A stretch of DNA of 64,000 nucleotides from Mollicutes bacterium (GTDB lineage: Bacteria; Bacillota_I; Bacilli_A; Mycoplasmatales; MT37). The notes under the pieces were generated by a model. That model saw nothing but the letters and a program-made list of their open reading frames with translations, ran no database searches and had not been told where the DNA came from. The stretch is taken from contig JARVCM010000013.1 in assembly GCA_029976705.1 (NCBI GenBank), forward strand, positions 5,612 through 69,611, written 5' to 3'. Below, piece by piece: positions 1 to 10,245 of the stretch (position 1 is the first letter of the stretch; each line of letters opens with the position of its first letter). Both the position numbers and the translations under genes were made by a program.

Positions 1-327
1 AATACGACGAAATAAAATAGTTCGACGAAATTCTGAAAACTTAACAGCAATATAAAAAATTCCAGCAACACCAGTAATAAAAATAGTAAATTCATATCAT
101 TTAGCTACAGAACCATTAAAAGTAGGACCGTCAGGAATTGCCGGAAAAACATCTTGAGAAATCAAAATAATCCAAATTAATGAAATTGTTAATGGAAAAA
201 CAAACAACAACAAAATAGCTAATTTATCAATAACAAAAATAGAAAACAAAAGTTTAACAATTGATAACAACTGACGTCTAGAACTAAATTTATAATTTTT
301 TTTTGAATTTACAGAAATCATAGTCAA
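1..327 (-). CDS. hypothetical membrane protein, N-terminal part (3' end lies beyond window start)
   Basis: Track ORF 97..327 continues through TGA(Trp) at 94-96 to position 1 with no TAA/TAG. Hydrophobic segments LAILLLFVFPLTISLIWIILI and FTIFITGVAGIFYIAV. No family recognised. Confidence 0.45.
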
Positions 328-434
328 AATTTAAAAATAGTCAATATTTTCATTTCATTATAAACTAATTTGAAAAAAAATATTGAATTATAAAAGATAA
401 GTTAAAAAATTCTTAAAAAAGCAAACTATTTACT

Positions 435-2096
435 TTACGTTTTTTGTTTGATTTTGCTTTTTTGTTTAATTTGTTTGCTTGAATACAAATAATATCCTAA
501 TCCACCAAAAAGAAACAAAACACCCAAACTAGTACCGACACCAATTCCAATTTTTGTTCCTATTGATAAACCAGTATTATTTTTGGTTGATATCTTTAAT
601 TTATTTAAAGAATTTTCAATTTTTTTGACCTGATCTTTTTCGTTAACAAGAACATAAAGTTTGTTCAGTTCTATTCTAGCTTTAGAAGACAATTTATTCA
701 CATCAAAATCTTTGGCTTTTCAGTCAATTTTTAATAATTCTTTAAAAGAAAAAACTTCGTCATCAATTTTTAATTCATCTTTATTCAAACTTTTTAATGT
801 GTTTAAAATGCTGTTTTTAGTTTTGAAATTAGTAAGTATCATTTTTTGTTTCATTTGTGTTGTCTTTATTGAAGTGTTTAAACGTGATTTTAAATTATCA
901 ATTTTACTTAATTTTACAAGAATTTTTTCAACATCATCTGGTAAATTTTTATGAAGTTTATTTGCAAATGATTTATCTAAAAGAAGAGAAAAATCAACAC
1001 CTTCAATTTTACTTAATCCTATATTTTTTAAAATTAAAGAAAGCTTTTTAATGTTCTCTCAAACGAAAGTTATCAGTTTTGTTTCTAATTTAGTTTTTAA
1101 ATTATCAATTTTACTTAATCTTATAAGAACTTTTTTATCATCATCTTTTAAATCTTTTCATTGAAAAGAAGAAGGATTTTTTTTTAACAAAACAGAAAAA
1201 TTTATACCAACTATTTCATCAACTCCGTATTTATTTAAGACATTAAAGTTTGTAATTAATGACATAGTTTGAATCAAACTTGTCAATTCTGATTTATATT
1301 TTTCTATGGTTGATAAATCAAAAAATGATAATCCTAAATCTTCTATAATTGCGTTTTTTTCTGTTGGTTTTAATGGGTTGGAAATGGAAGTTGCTTCTTT
1401 TTGTTTTTCATAAATTCTTTTTTCTGTATCTTCTTGTTTTTCTCCCTCTTTAGGAAATAAAAAAGAAATATCCCACCCTTCTTTTGTTAGATCATGGGGA
1501 TAGTGTCATTTAAAATACTTAATTAATTTTGTTGCTGCCACAGCTCTTGATAGCGCTGGAAGAATTTGAAAACCATATTTATTCAAAGAAGGCAACAATT
1601 TTTTGATAACCTTTTCATAAAAAACTAAACCCCTAAGACAAGAACCCTTATTTGATTCAAACTTCATATCGTCTATATAGATATCTTTAAAACTTTTTTT
1701 AGTATCACTGACAACTTGATCATAATTGTCATATTTATCGGCTCCGAAATAATCACGGAAAGAAATTCTAGTCCTTGACTGATTACACCTAATTCAAATC
1801 ATTTTATATTTTTTCAATTTAGGAACAAGCGGTTTCAAAAAATGTGTTCAAAAATATCTGAGTGTTTGTGACCCTTCGGTTCATTTGTCAGGTTCATCTA
1901 ATTTTCGACCGGGAAATTTGACGGCTCCATACTTTTTTATATTTGCCCCAATAACAGGATGGATAATTTTTGCTCTTTGATGTTTATGATGAATAAAAAA
2001 ATTCACTTGCAAAATATTTGTAATAAATAATAAAAATAAAAGCAGAAAGAACAATAATTTTTGCCAAACACTAAACAAATATTTTACAATAAACAT
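435..2096 (-). CDS. membrane-anchored repeat protein with N-terminal and C-terminal TM segments (putative surface protein), about 553 aa
   Basis: I checked every codon by hand. Track ORFs 1881..2111 and 435..701 are in the same frame and joined only by 7 TGA codons, with no TAA/TAG. ATG at 2096. N-terminal TM LFFLLLFLLFITNIL and C-terminal TM IGIGVGTSLGVLFLFGGLGYYLY followed by a Lys-rich tail. Internal 69-aa repeat (..FS(V/L)LL..K(V/I)L(I/V)(R/K)LSKIDNLK..). A 25-nt exact DNA repeat lies at 888-912 and 1095-1119. Confidence 0.7.
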
Positions 2097-2120
2097 TAAA
2101 AAACCTACCAATTTAAGAAA

Positions 2121-2150
2121 TCCTATTCTATCTTATTCTATCTTATTCTT
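2121..2150. repeat. 3 x 10-bp tandem repeat tc(c/t)tattct(a/t), 25-55 nt upstream of the 435..2096 gene start
   Basis: Read directly: tcctattcta tcttattcta tcttattctt. On the coding (minus) strand each unit carries a -10-like hexamer (tagaat). Confidence 0.85.
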
Positions 2151-2295
2151 GTCACAATATCAAATAATAAATAAATAATTACAAAATGCAAAAAATAAAA
2201 TCTTATCATTATTTTAAACTTTATTTAATAACTAAAATAAACTGAATTTAAACTAAATCAGTCAATAGAAAAAACTAATTATTTTAAATAGATTT

Positions 2296-2412
2296 TTAAC
2301 ATGAAAAAATGAATAATATACTGTTATCTAAAAAAAAGCAACACCAATTCCAATCGCTAATGATAGAACAAGGTAAAAATTATTAGATTCTTTTGGATTT
2401 AAATTATTTTAA
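2296..2412 (-). pseudogene. decayed C-terminal anchor fragment, paralogous to the 435..2096 protein
   Basis: Minus-strand frame reads ..LSLAIGIGVAFFLDNSILFIFSC* with no start codon. The DNA acaccaattccaat (2341-2354) is identical to the anchor-coding segment of the intact gene at about 536-549. Confidence 0.3.
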
Positions 2413-2741
2413 TTTTACTTTTTGCATTGCTTTTTGAAGGGCAAAATGTATATTCGGTTATTAAATATTTAATATTTTTTTAATTTATCAAAAATTAATA
2501 ATGTTGTTAATTATTTTTTTTAGCTTTTAATTCTGATTTGTTACAGTTGGAAGATCATTTCTTAGTATTAAATTCTTTATGAAATAAGTATTTTTTCAAT
2601 TTTTGTAAATTTAACCTAATTGTTTATACTAAAGAATTATAATATTTTAAATTTAAAATAAACTTTAATTGGGTGTGTAACAAACAGAAATAAATGAAAT
2701 TTTCAATTTAATATTAATTTCAAGGCCGAAAAGAAAATAAG

Positions 2742-3095
2742 TTATTTAACTGAAAAAAATGTTAATTCCAACACAATAAAAATATAATTAATAAATGAGA
2801 ACATGGTAACACCAATTTCAATCACTGATCATAAATCAAAATCAGAAGCATTTCGTATTTTAGGTTTTAATAATTTTAATTTTTCTTGTCACAATTCAAA
2901 ATCTTTATATTTCGTGGATGATTTTGTTTTAATTCTCACATCTTTGAAGTCATTATTCATAAAGGTTAAAATTTGAAAACAACAATTGATTTTATAATCT
3001 TTGTTTAACAATGTAAAAGAATTTACATCTAAATTTAATTCAGCAATTAATTTAAAATCTTTATTTAATCTAAATTGTACAGAATATTTTTTGTA
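2742..3095 (-). pseudogene. paralogue fragment (repeat unit plus C-terminal anchor) of the 435..2096 family, possibly still a 72-aa ORF from ATG 2960
   Basis: Code-4 open frame ..NKDFKLIAELNLDVNSFTLLNKDYK..MNNDFKDVRIKTK..DFDLWSVIEIGVTMFSFINYIFIVL..*. It resembles the GLSKIEGVDFSLLLDKSF repeat and the IGIGV anchor of the intact gene. Positions 2806-2833 are 22/27 identical to 2338-2365. Confidence 0.35.
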
Positions 3096-4065
3096 TTAAA
3101 AAAGAATTATAAAAGCTATTAATTCGGAAAATTTACTCGCATGATTAAAAATTAATTGCGGGTTTTATCTTTTTTACCAAATAGAGGATTACCTAGTGTG
3201 ATAATTTCTTTTTTAGAACTTATATTAAGCGAAAAATTCTTTTTTTTGAATCAGATAAAGTTCTGGTTTTAAATTAATTTCAATTTTTTTGTTTAAGGAA
3301 AAAGTAAAAAAATGTACCATTACCAGTCAAAAATTCTAAAAATAAAATTTGTTTTGATAAATAGTTTGTAGTTTTTTTAAAGAAATTAAAATATTTTTTT
3401 GCTGTTTAAACTTTAGTATAAAAATTGTTCAAATGAAATAGTATTTGTTTTTTAAAATTTCTTTAATTTCATATTTGAAATAAAAATTAATATGTAAAAT
3501 TATAATAAAATTAGTTAAATTAATAAGTAAAAATCAAAAAACTTCAAAATAAATTATCACCAAATAAAAATCTAAATATTATTTTCACATAAGTTAAATG
3601 TAAATTTTTTTTAAAACAAATTAAAACTCTACTGGCATCTTACTATATCCACAAAAATCAAGTATTTTCTTCGTAAAAATTGTTTAACCACTTTGTTTAG
3701 AAAAGAAAAAATAGATTCAACTTAGCAACAATGCCAAGAAAAACAAAAAAGAAAATGAACAATAAAAAATAAAGACCGAAATTAGAAATACAGATTCAAA
3801 AACGATTAATTGTCATGGTAAAAAATAAAAAATTATCAACGATTAATATTGCTTAGTTAAAAACATCACTGCGCTTACAAATTAATTTAAAAAAATAAAA
3901 ATTTTTTTTAAAAGTAACTAATCTATTTCTAAATATGAACTTAGTTGATTAAATAACCAACATTGAATCTAACAAATTATTGCACAATTACAATTTTTAA
4001 AAAATATTTTCTTAACCAAATAAAGAAAAATGTTTATTTTTTCTTTCTAATTTCTAGTAAAAAAA

Positions 4066-5268
4066 TTATACTAAACGTAAAGCAAACTTTATTTCCTTAT
4101 GGCGTTGATGTTTTTGATCAAAAAATAAAGAAACTTCGCTCAATTTTTTTCTTTGATTATTTTTATTCAAAATTCAAATTTCATCATCAGGAAAAATTTG
4201 ATAAATAATAAGTTTTAATTTTTTTGAATAAACAAAATATTTTTGATCTCAACCTTGTTGGCCCAAATATTTAATTTGTTTGTCAATTTCGTTTTTTGTT
4301 TTACAAAAAGGCCAATGATATTTGGGATTTAAAAACGTATTAACTAATTTTAACAAAATTACATCACACCCCTTTTGTTGAATCAATTTCAAAAAAGTAA
4401 ATAAATTATAATCATTTAATTCTAAAAAAGTTGTTAAGGAAATCATTTTGTTTTGAATAAGTTCAAAAAAATAATCCAAAGAAAAAGCAAAAATATGTTT
4501 TTGTTGTTGTAAATCTTTTAAACGTTGAAAAATAGCAATAAATAAATTATCAAAAAAAACATTATCGTCATTTCAAAAACAATTTTTGTAGACATAAAAA
4601 CGAAAAAGCAAGAAATTTTCTAAATCTAAAAGTGCTTTTTCGTGAAAAAGCAAACGATCTCTTTCAATAATAATATTGTCAAATAAAGCATCAATGTTAA
4701 TAGGAATATTTTCTAACCCCAAAAAATAACGATCACGCATTAAATAATCCAAACGATCAAAATCAAATTGATGGGAAATTAAAAATTGTCCTCAATCATT
4801 AACAGTTTTTTTTAAAATTAAATTTGCAATTCTTTCAATATTTAATTTATATTTTTTTAAAATAGGGTAAATTTCCCCTTTTTTGTTTTTTAAAATTTTC
4901 ACACTGTAATTTTCATGGACAAAATTTTTTGCAATTCTTTCAAAAATATGAGAAAAAGGACCATGACCTAAATCATGAAGTAAACCGGCGACTTCAACTT
5001 CTTTTTGTGCTTGAATGTTTAAATGTTGAAAACGTTTTTTACTTAGTAATTTATTAATTAAATAGTATGTTCCAATACTATGAGAAAAACGCGTATGGCA
5101 ACTACTGTTTAAAAGTAAAAAAAAAGTTCCTAATTGTTTAATATGCTTCAAACGCTGAAATTCTTTGGTAAAAATTAACTCTTTAATTACTGAATCAGAA
5201 ATAACTATTTTTTTATGTACCGCGTCATAAAAAAGAATTGACTCATCATTATATTTTTCTGTTTTCAT
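4066..5268 (-). CDS. HD-domain phosphohydrolase (dNTP triphosphohydrolase-like), 400 aa
   Basis: HTRFSHSIGT and LLHDLGHGPFSH motifs. Track ORFs 4792..5268 and 4249..4479 are in frame. The TGA at 4249-4251 reads through to TAA at 4066-4068. Confidence 0.8.
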
Positions 5269-5285
5269 TTTTTAATTCTTAATTT

Positions 5286-6809
5286 TTAGTTGTTTTTTTG
5301 TGTTTTGTGCAATTCAAAATATTTTTTTAAACGTTGCTTTATTTCATCTTTGCCAAACAAAAACAAAAGCGTGGACATTGCCGGTCCTTCTTTAAGTTTA
5401 TTTATTAAATAGTAAATAGGAGCAAAAAAATTTCTGCCTTTCAAATTAGTATCTTTTTGCACTTGCTTTAACATAGATTGAATCCCATTTTCATCTCAAA
5501 TTGTTTCATCTATATGTTTGTCTAATGATTGAAAGAGAAAATGATTTAGTAGTAAATATTCCGGATCCAAAAGAGAATCAATACAACCAATATATTTCAC
5601 CAAAATTAAAAATAAATCTTCTAAACTATTAATTTCTTTTCTAAAAAAAAGAATCATTAGTACAATTCGCGGATGATCTAAAATTTGTAATTGATAATTA
5701 TTTTTTTTAAAATATTCAAAATTATCATCTTTATTTCAATTTTTTAATATTTTTTGTTTTTTCAAAAAAGCAAAAATAAATCATTGTTTTTGAAATTCTT
5801 CATCACTAAGTTGTAAAAGTTTTTTGTTATTAATTCAATTTAATTTGCTCAAACTAAAAATACTTTGTGTTTTGTTTAAATTATTGCCATCAAAAAGTTT
5901 AATTAATTCTTCTTGAGTAAATAATTCTTGAAATTTATCTGGCGTTCATCCTAAAAGTGATAAATAATTAAAAAAAGTTTCGGGTAAATAACCTTGAACA
6001 CGATAATAATCAATATGTTGCTCAGGAATTTCAAAACGCTTGGACATTTTGGTTTCACTAGAAAATTGAATCAAACTCAAATGTCCAAACATCGGGACTT
6101 GTCAACCAAAAGTTTGATAAAGTAAAATTTGTTTAGGTGTATTACTTAAATGATCGCTACCACGTCAAACGTGACTAATTTGCATCAAATAATCATCAAT
6201 CACCACGGCAAAATTATAAGTTGGATAATTATTTGTTTTTATAATCACAAAATCTTCAATATTTTCTGAAATAAATTCCATTTTGCCATAAACTAAATCA
6301 GTAAAAATAATTTTTTGCTTCGGTGCAACAAAAAAACGAAGACAAAAAGATGTCTTTGCTTTCTGTAATTCAATAATTTTTTGAGAAGATAAAGATCAAC
6401 ATTTGCGATTATATTTTGGTGCCGTTTGACCTTTTTTAATTTGTTTTTCGCGGACTTTTTTTAATTCTAAAGGAGTGCAAAAACAAGGATATACTTTTTT
6501 AGTCAACAAAAGTTCTTGGGCGTATTTTGCATAAATATTCAAACGCTGTGACTGGCGATAAGGACTATATTGGTCATCAGTACCGATAGTGGCACATGGT
6601 TTAATACCTAATCATTTTAAATCAGATAATAATTGATCAATAGAAGAAAAATCATTGCGTTTAAGATCTGTATCTTCAAAACGAACAATAAAATCACCTT
6701 TAAAATGTTTCGCAAATAAATAATTAAATAAGGCGGTTCGAGCACCACCCAGATGCATCATTCCCGTCGGTGATGGAGCAAAACGTGTGCGAACTTTTTT
6801 AAACAACAT
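5286..6809 (-). CDS. gltX: glutamyl-tRNA synthetase
   Basis: N-terminus [22 protein letters not shown] (HIGH-type motif). The pieces join in frame through TGA and end at a true TAA stop at 5286-5288. Confidence 0.9.
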
Positions 6810-6819
6810 TTAAATTAAC

Positions 6820-7086
6820 TTATTTAATTTCGTCAGGATGCTGTGTATAACTTAATAATCCTAAAAAACGCGCTCTTTTGATTGCTTTAGCAAGATGTTT
6901 TTGATATTTACATTTTGTTCCAGTAAAAAAACGTGGCAAAATTTGTCCTGAATTTGAAATAAATCTTTTTAACAAATTGATGTCTTTATAATCAATATAG
7001 GTAATATTATTTCTAGTGAAATAACATTCACGTTTAAATCTGAAAAATTTTTTTTTAGGCTTTGCTTTGGCGCTTTTCGTTAACAT
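6820..7086 (-). CDS. rpsR: 30S ribosomal protein S18
   Basis: [42 protein letters not shown]. Sits in the usual ssb-rpsR arrangement. Confidence 0.9.
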   Translation of the reverse strand: MLTKSAKAKPKKKFFRFKRECYFTRNNITYIDYKDINLLKRFISNSGQILPRFFTGTKCKYQKHLAKAIKRARFLGLLSYTQHPDEIK

Positions 7087-7095
7087 TTCCTTTAA

Positions 7096-7623
7096 TTAAA
7101 TTGCATCTCAATCAATTCCTTCATCATTACTAGAATTTGATGAAGTTTTTTCTTGAGTGTCTTTCTTATTTAATTTTTTAGGATTGGTATCATCAATTGA
7201 TTCAGAAGTTTTCGAAACAGTTGTTTGCAAATTATTTTTAGCAACAGTAGCGTTAGATTCTTTTTCTCAATTAAGTTTAGAAATACTTTCAACAGTCGTT
7301 GAAGGTTTTTTTTGATCTTCAAAAGCGTTTGTTGACTTTTTAGACTCCATAAAATAAACCGAATTAACCGATACTTCCAAGCCAGAATTACCAATATTCT
7401 GTAGTTTGCCATCAATAAGTACTAAACTACCACGTTTGAGAAATTTAACCATATTAACTGCATTGCTTCTTCAAGCAATCGCTTCAACAAAAACAGTTGA
7501 TGTGACTTTTGAATACGGATTGTTAACTGCGATAGTGAAACGTAAATATGGAATTTGATTTTTAGAGTCGCGTAACTGGGGATCTTGAGTTAAACGCCCA
7601 CAAATAGTGACATGGTTATACAT
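7096..7623 (-). CDS. ssb: single-stranded DNA-binding protein
   Basis: MYNHVTICGRLTQDPQLR..YLRFTIAVNN..FVEAIAWRSNA..LVLIDGKLQN OB-fold pattern. Two internal TGA codons. TAA at 7096-7098. Confidence 0.88.
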
Positions 7624-7630
7624 AGTAATT

Positions 7631-7906
7631 TTATTCTCCTTTAATTAAGTAATTTTTTTTATTTTCTGTTTTTTGTTTCTGTTTTGCTAATAATAAATTT
7701 TGTGTCTTTTTTTCCAATTGACGAAATCTTTCCATTCTTCCTGCTTTAGATTCAAATTTTTGGGTTCCTAAATAAAAAGGATGACAATGCGAACAAACAT
7801 CAATTTTAAAGTCTTTTTTTAAAACAGTTTGAATGATAAAAATAGTATCACAAGTAATACAAGTAGTTTTAATTTTATTTAAAATAATTTTTGTTTGTTT
7901 TTTCAT
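7631..7906 (-). CDS. rpmE: 50S ribosomal protein L31
   Basis: CxxC..CSHCHPFYLG motif. ATG at 7906. Confidence 0.88.
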   Translation of the reverse strand: MKKQTKIILNKIKTTCITCDTIFIIQTVLKKDFKIDVCSHCHPFYLGTQKFESKAGRMERFRQLEKKTQNLLLAKQKQKTENKKNYLIKGE

Positions 7907-7913
7907 CAACAAA

Positions 7914-8336
7914 TTATTTTATTTCTACCGTAGCACCAGCGACTATTAAATCTGCTTTGAGTTTTTTTGCTGCTTCTTCTGTTTGTTTTTCAGCAATAGT
8001 AAAAGGAACATTATCTAACATTTTTTTTGCCTCCAATAAACCTTTACCAGTAATTTTTCCAACAACTTTAATTACAGCAATTTTACTTTGCCCTACTTCT
8101 TCCACGATAACATTAACTAAACTACTTTTTTTTTCTTCAGAAGCCTTTCCACTAGAAACAGAAACCAATTGATTAGGGTCAATATTGAAATATTTTTGTA
8201 ACTCTTGTACGAAATCTTTTAATTCCAACAAACTAAGTTGATTAATTTTTTCAATTAAAGAATTATACTTACTATCTTTAACACTTGCTGTATTGTTTTT
8301 TAGTACATCCTTTTTTGTTTTTGTTTCGTTGCTCAT
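7914..8336 (-). CDS. rplL: 50S ribosomal protein L7/L12
   Basis: C-terminus GLLEAKKMLDNVPFTIAEK..EAAKKLKADLIVAGATVEIK. Confidence 0.92.
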   Translation of the reverse strand: MSNETKTKKDVLKNNTASVKDSKYNSLIEKINQLSLLELKDFVQELQKYFNIDPNQLVSVSSGKASEEKKSSLVNVIVEEVGQSKIAVIKVVGKITGKGLLEAKKMLDNVPFTIAEKQTEEAAKKLKADLIVAGATVEIK

Positions 8337-8385
8337 TTTTCTGCTCGTTATCTTCTAATTACAAATTTCTATTCTAAATATTTTA

Positions 8386-8928
8386 TTATGTTTTTTTAGA
8401 CATTGTGGAATTTTTCAGTTTATTTTTATTTTTAATAATATTTTCTAGGGTTAATATTAAGTTTAATGGGGCAAATTTCAATGAAAAAATCAATTGAGTT
8501 AAAAGTTCTTCACGTGTTGGTAATAATGATAATTCTATAATTTCTTTTTTAGAAACCACTTCTTGGTTATAAATACCACCAATAAAATTAACATTTTTTT
8601 TTGCTTCAATAAATTTTGCTAAAAGTTTAATTGAAGACAAAGAACTACTTCCAGTTGACACAAAAAACAACATCCCTTTAATAAAGGTATTTATCGTTTC
8701 ATACTTAGTATTAGCAAAAGCGCGTTTTAATAAAGTGTTTTTATAAACGCGTAAAATTATTTTTTCGGAAAGACTATCTTTTAACTTTTTTTTTCAATCT
8801 TGAAAATTCACTACTTTCAAACCTTGATAATTAATTAATAAAACTACATTCGCTTCACTAATAATTTTTTTAATTTCTGCAACTTCTTTTTGTTTAATAA
8901 GTTGATTTTTGCGTAAAGTAATCATCAT
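8386..8928 (-). CDS. rplJ: 50S ribosomal protein L10
   Basis: Located upstream of rplL. MMITLRKNQLIKQKEVAEIKKIISEANVVLLINYQGLKVVNFQDW.. joins track ORF 8386..8673 in frame. Confidence 0.85.
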
Positions 8929-9164
8929 TAGTTTAATATTTCAAAATCTTTAAAAATAAACAAAATTCCAAGTAAAAATTTATTTTATCTGTTTATTTAG
9001 ATTTTGACAAACAAATATTTAATAATCTCTTGCAAAAAAGGGTTAAATTTTTGACTATATTAATCAAAGATATTTTAAATTTATTTATTTTGGATTTGAT
9101 GTTTGTGACTAAATAATGCTAAAATTAATTATGAATTATTAAGTTGAAAAAATGGAGAAAATAA

Positions 9165-10241
9165 ATGAAAACTTGAAAACAAATTACAAAAGAAACAGAA
9201 AACAAAAGTAAAACTCTATTACAAGAATGTAAAACATTACATCAACTAATAGTAAAAAAAAATGAATTAATTGGTAAAAACTCTTCCTTAATGCAAGTTT
9301 TTAAAAACTTAAATATTGCGGAAAAAAAAATCTTCAACAAACAATTACAAAAAATCAAACAAAAAGTAGAAAAAATATTTTTTAAACAAGAAAAACAACT
9401 TGAAACAAAACAACCCAAAAACAAAATTACAATTACAGAAACTTTTTTTAATACTCAAAATCTCAAACTCAAAAACAACCAAACATTAATCAAAATTAAT
9501 CAAAATACTTTGCCGATTAATTTAAATAACGAACAAGATCATCCGTTAAACATGGTTGTGGAGCAAATTCATAATTTTTGTAATCAAATGAATTGAAAAT
9601 TTATGCCATCTGAAGTTTTAACAAGTGTTGAGAGCAACTTTATGCTTTTAAATATTGAAAAAAATCATCCCGCTCGAAATAAAACAGATTGTTTTTACAT
9701 TAATGATCAAACCATTTTACGAACACATGCAACAAACACTACATCTAAAATTCTTTCTGAATATCAAGAAAAAACAGATAATTTCTTTACTTATACAATT
9801 GGAAATGTTTATCGCAATGATACCGATGATTCAACACATTTACCTCAATTTACTCAATTTGACGCTTGTTTAATGGATAGCAATTTATCAATGACAAATT
9901 TTAAAGGTATTTTAATTAATTTTTGTCAATTTATTTTTGGTAAAACGATGCAATATCGTTTTCGCTCTAGTTATTTTCCGTTCACAGAACCTTCACTAGA
10001 AATGGATATTTATTGTACTTTTTGTAGTACCACAGGTTGTAATGTTTGTAATAATAGTGGTTGAATTGAATTGTTAGGCGCTGGAATAATAAACCCTGAA
10101 GTTTTAAAAAAATGTAATATTTCCAAAAACAAAATCATTTTTGCATTTGGTATCGGAATTGAAAGAATTGCTATGTTAAAGTACAAAATTAAAGATATTC
10201 GTCTTTTGTATAAAAACAATTTAAAAAAAGATTACAAATAA
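9165..10241 (+). CDS. pheS: phenylalanyl-tRNA synthetase alpha subunit
   Basis: HPLN.., [45 protein letters not shown] motifs. ggag SD 7 nt before ATG 9165. Three in-frame TGA codons. Confidence 0.9.
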
Positions 10242-10245
10242 TATT

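Noticed and set aside
3640-3652. DnaA-box-like atatccaca in the 2-kb non-coding stretch (possible oriC)
   Set aside because: There is only one near-consensus box. I found no cluster, no adjacent dnaA or dnaN, and no obvious strand-bias switch at this point. Paralogue-remnant evidence explains the region better.
3963-4208. 81-aa plus-strand ORF at the edge of the gene desert
   Set aside because: It has a TTG start and a low-complexity Phe/Lys/Ile-rich product. Once TGA is read as Trp, 4066-4251 is occupied by the C-terminal extension of the HD-domain gene on the minus strand.
7170-8172. Track ORFs 7170..7415, 7267..7452 (alternative frame) and 7891..8172 that overlap ssb and rplL
   Set aside because: They are alternative-frame or antisense ORFs within clearly identified ssb and rplL genes. 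7267..7452 is simply an internal piece of ssb.
8929-9164. Possible T-box or ribosomal-protein leader between rplJ and pheS, and short leaders before ileS, metG, thrS and asnS
   Set aside because: I saw no T-box consensus (aa.ggtgg.accgcg-type) or specifier-loop architecture. Most aaRS leaders here are under 70 nt, too short for a T-box. I cannot exclude an L10-leader-like fold without a covariance-model search.
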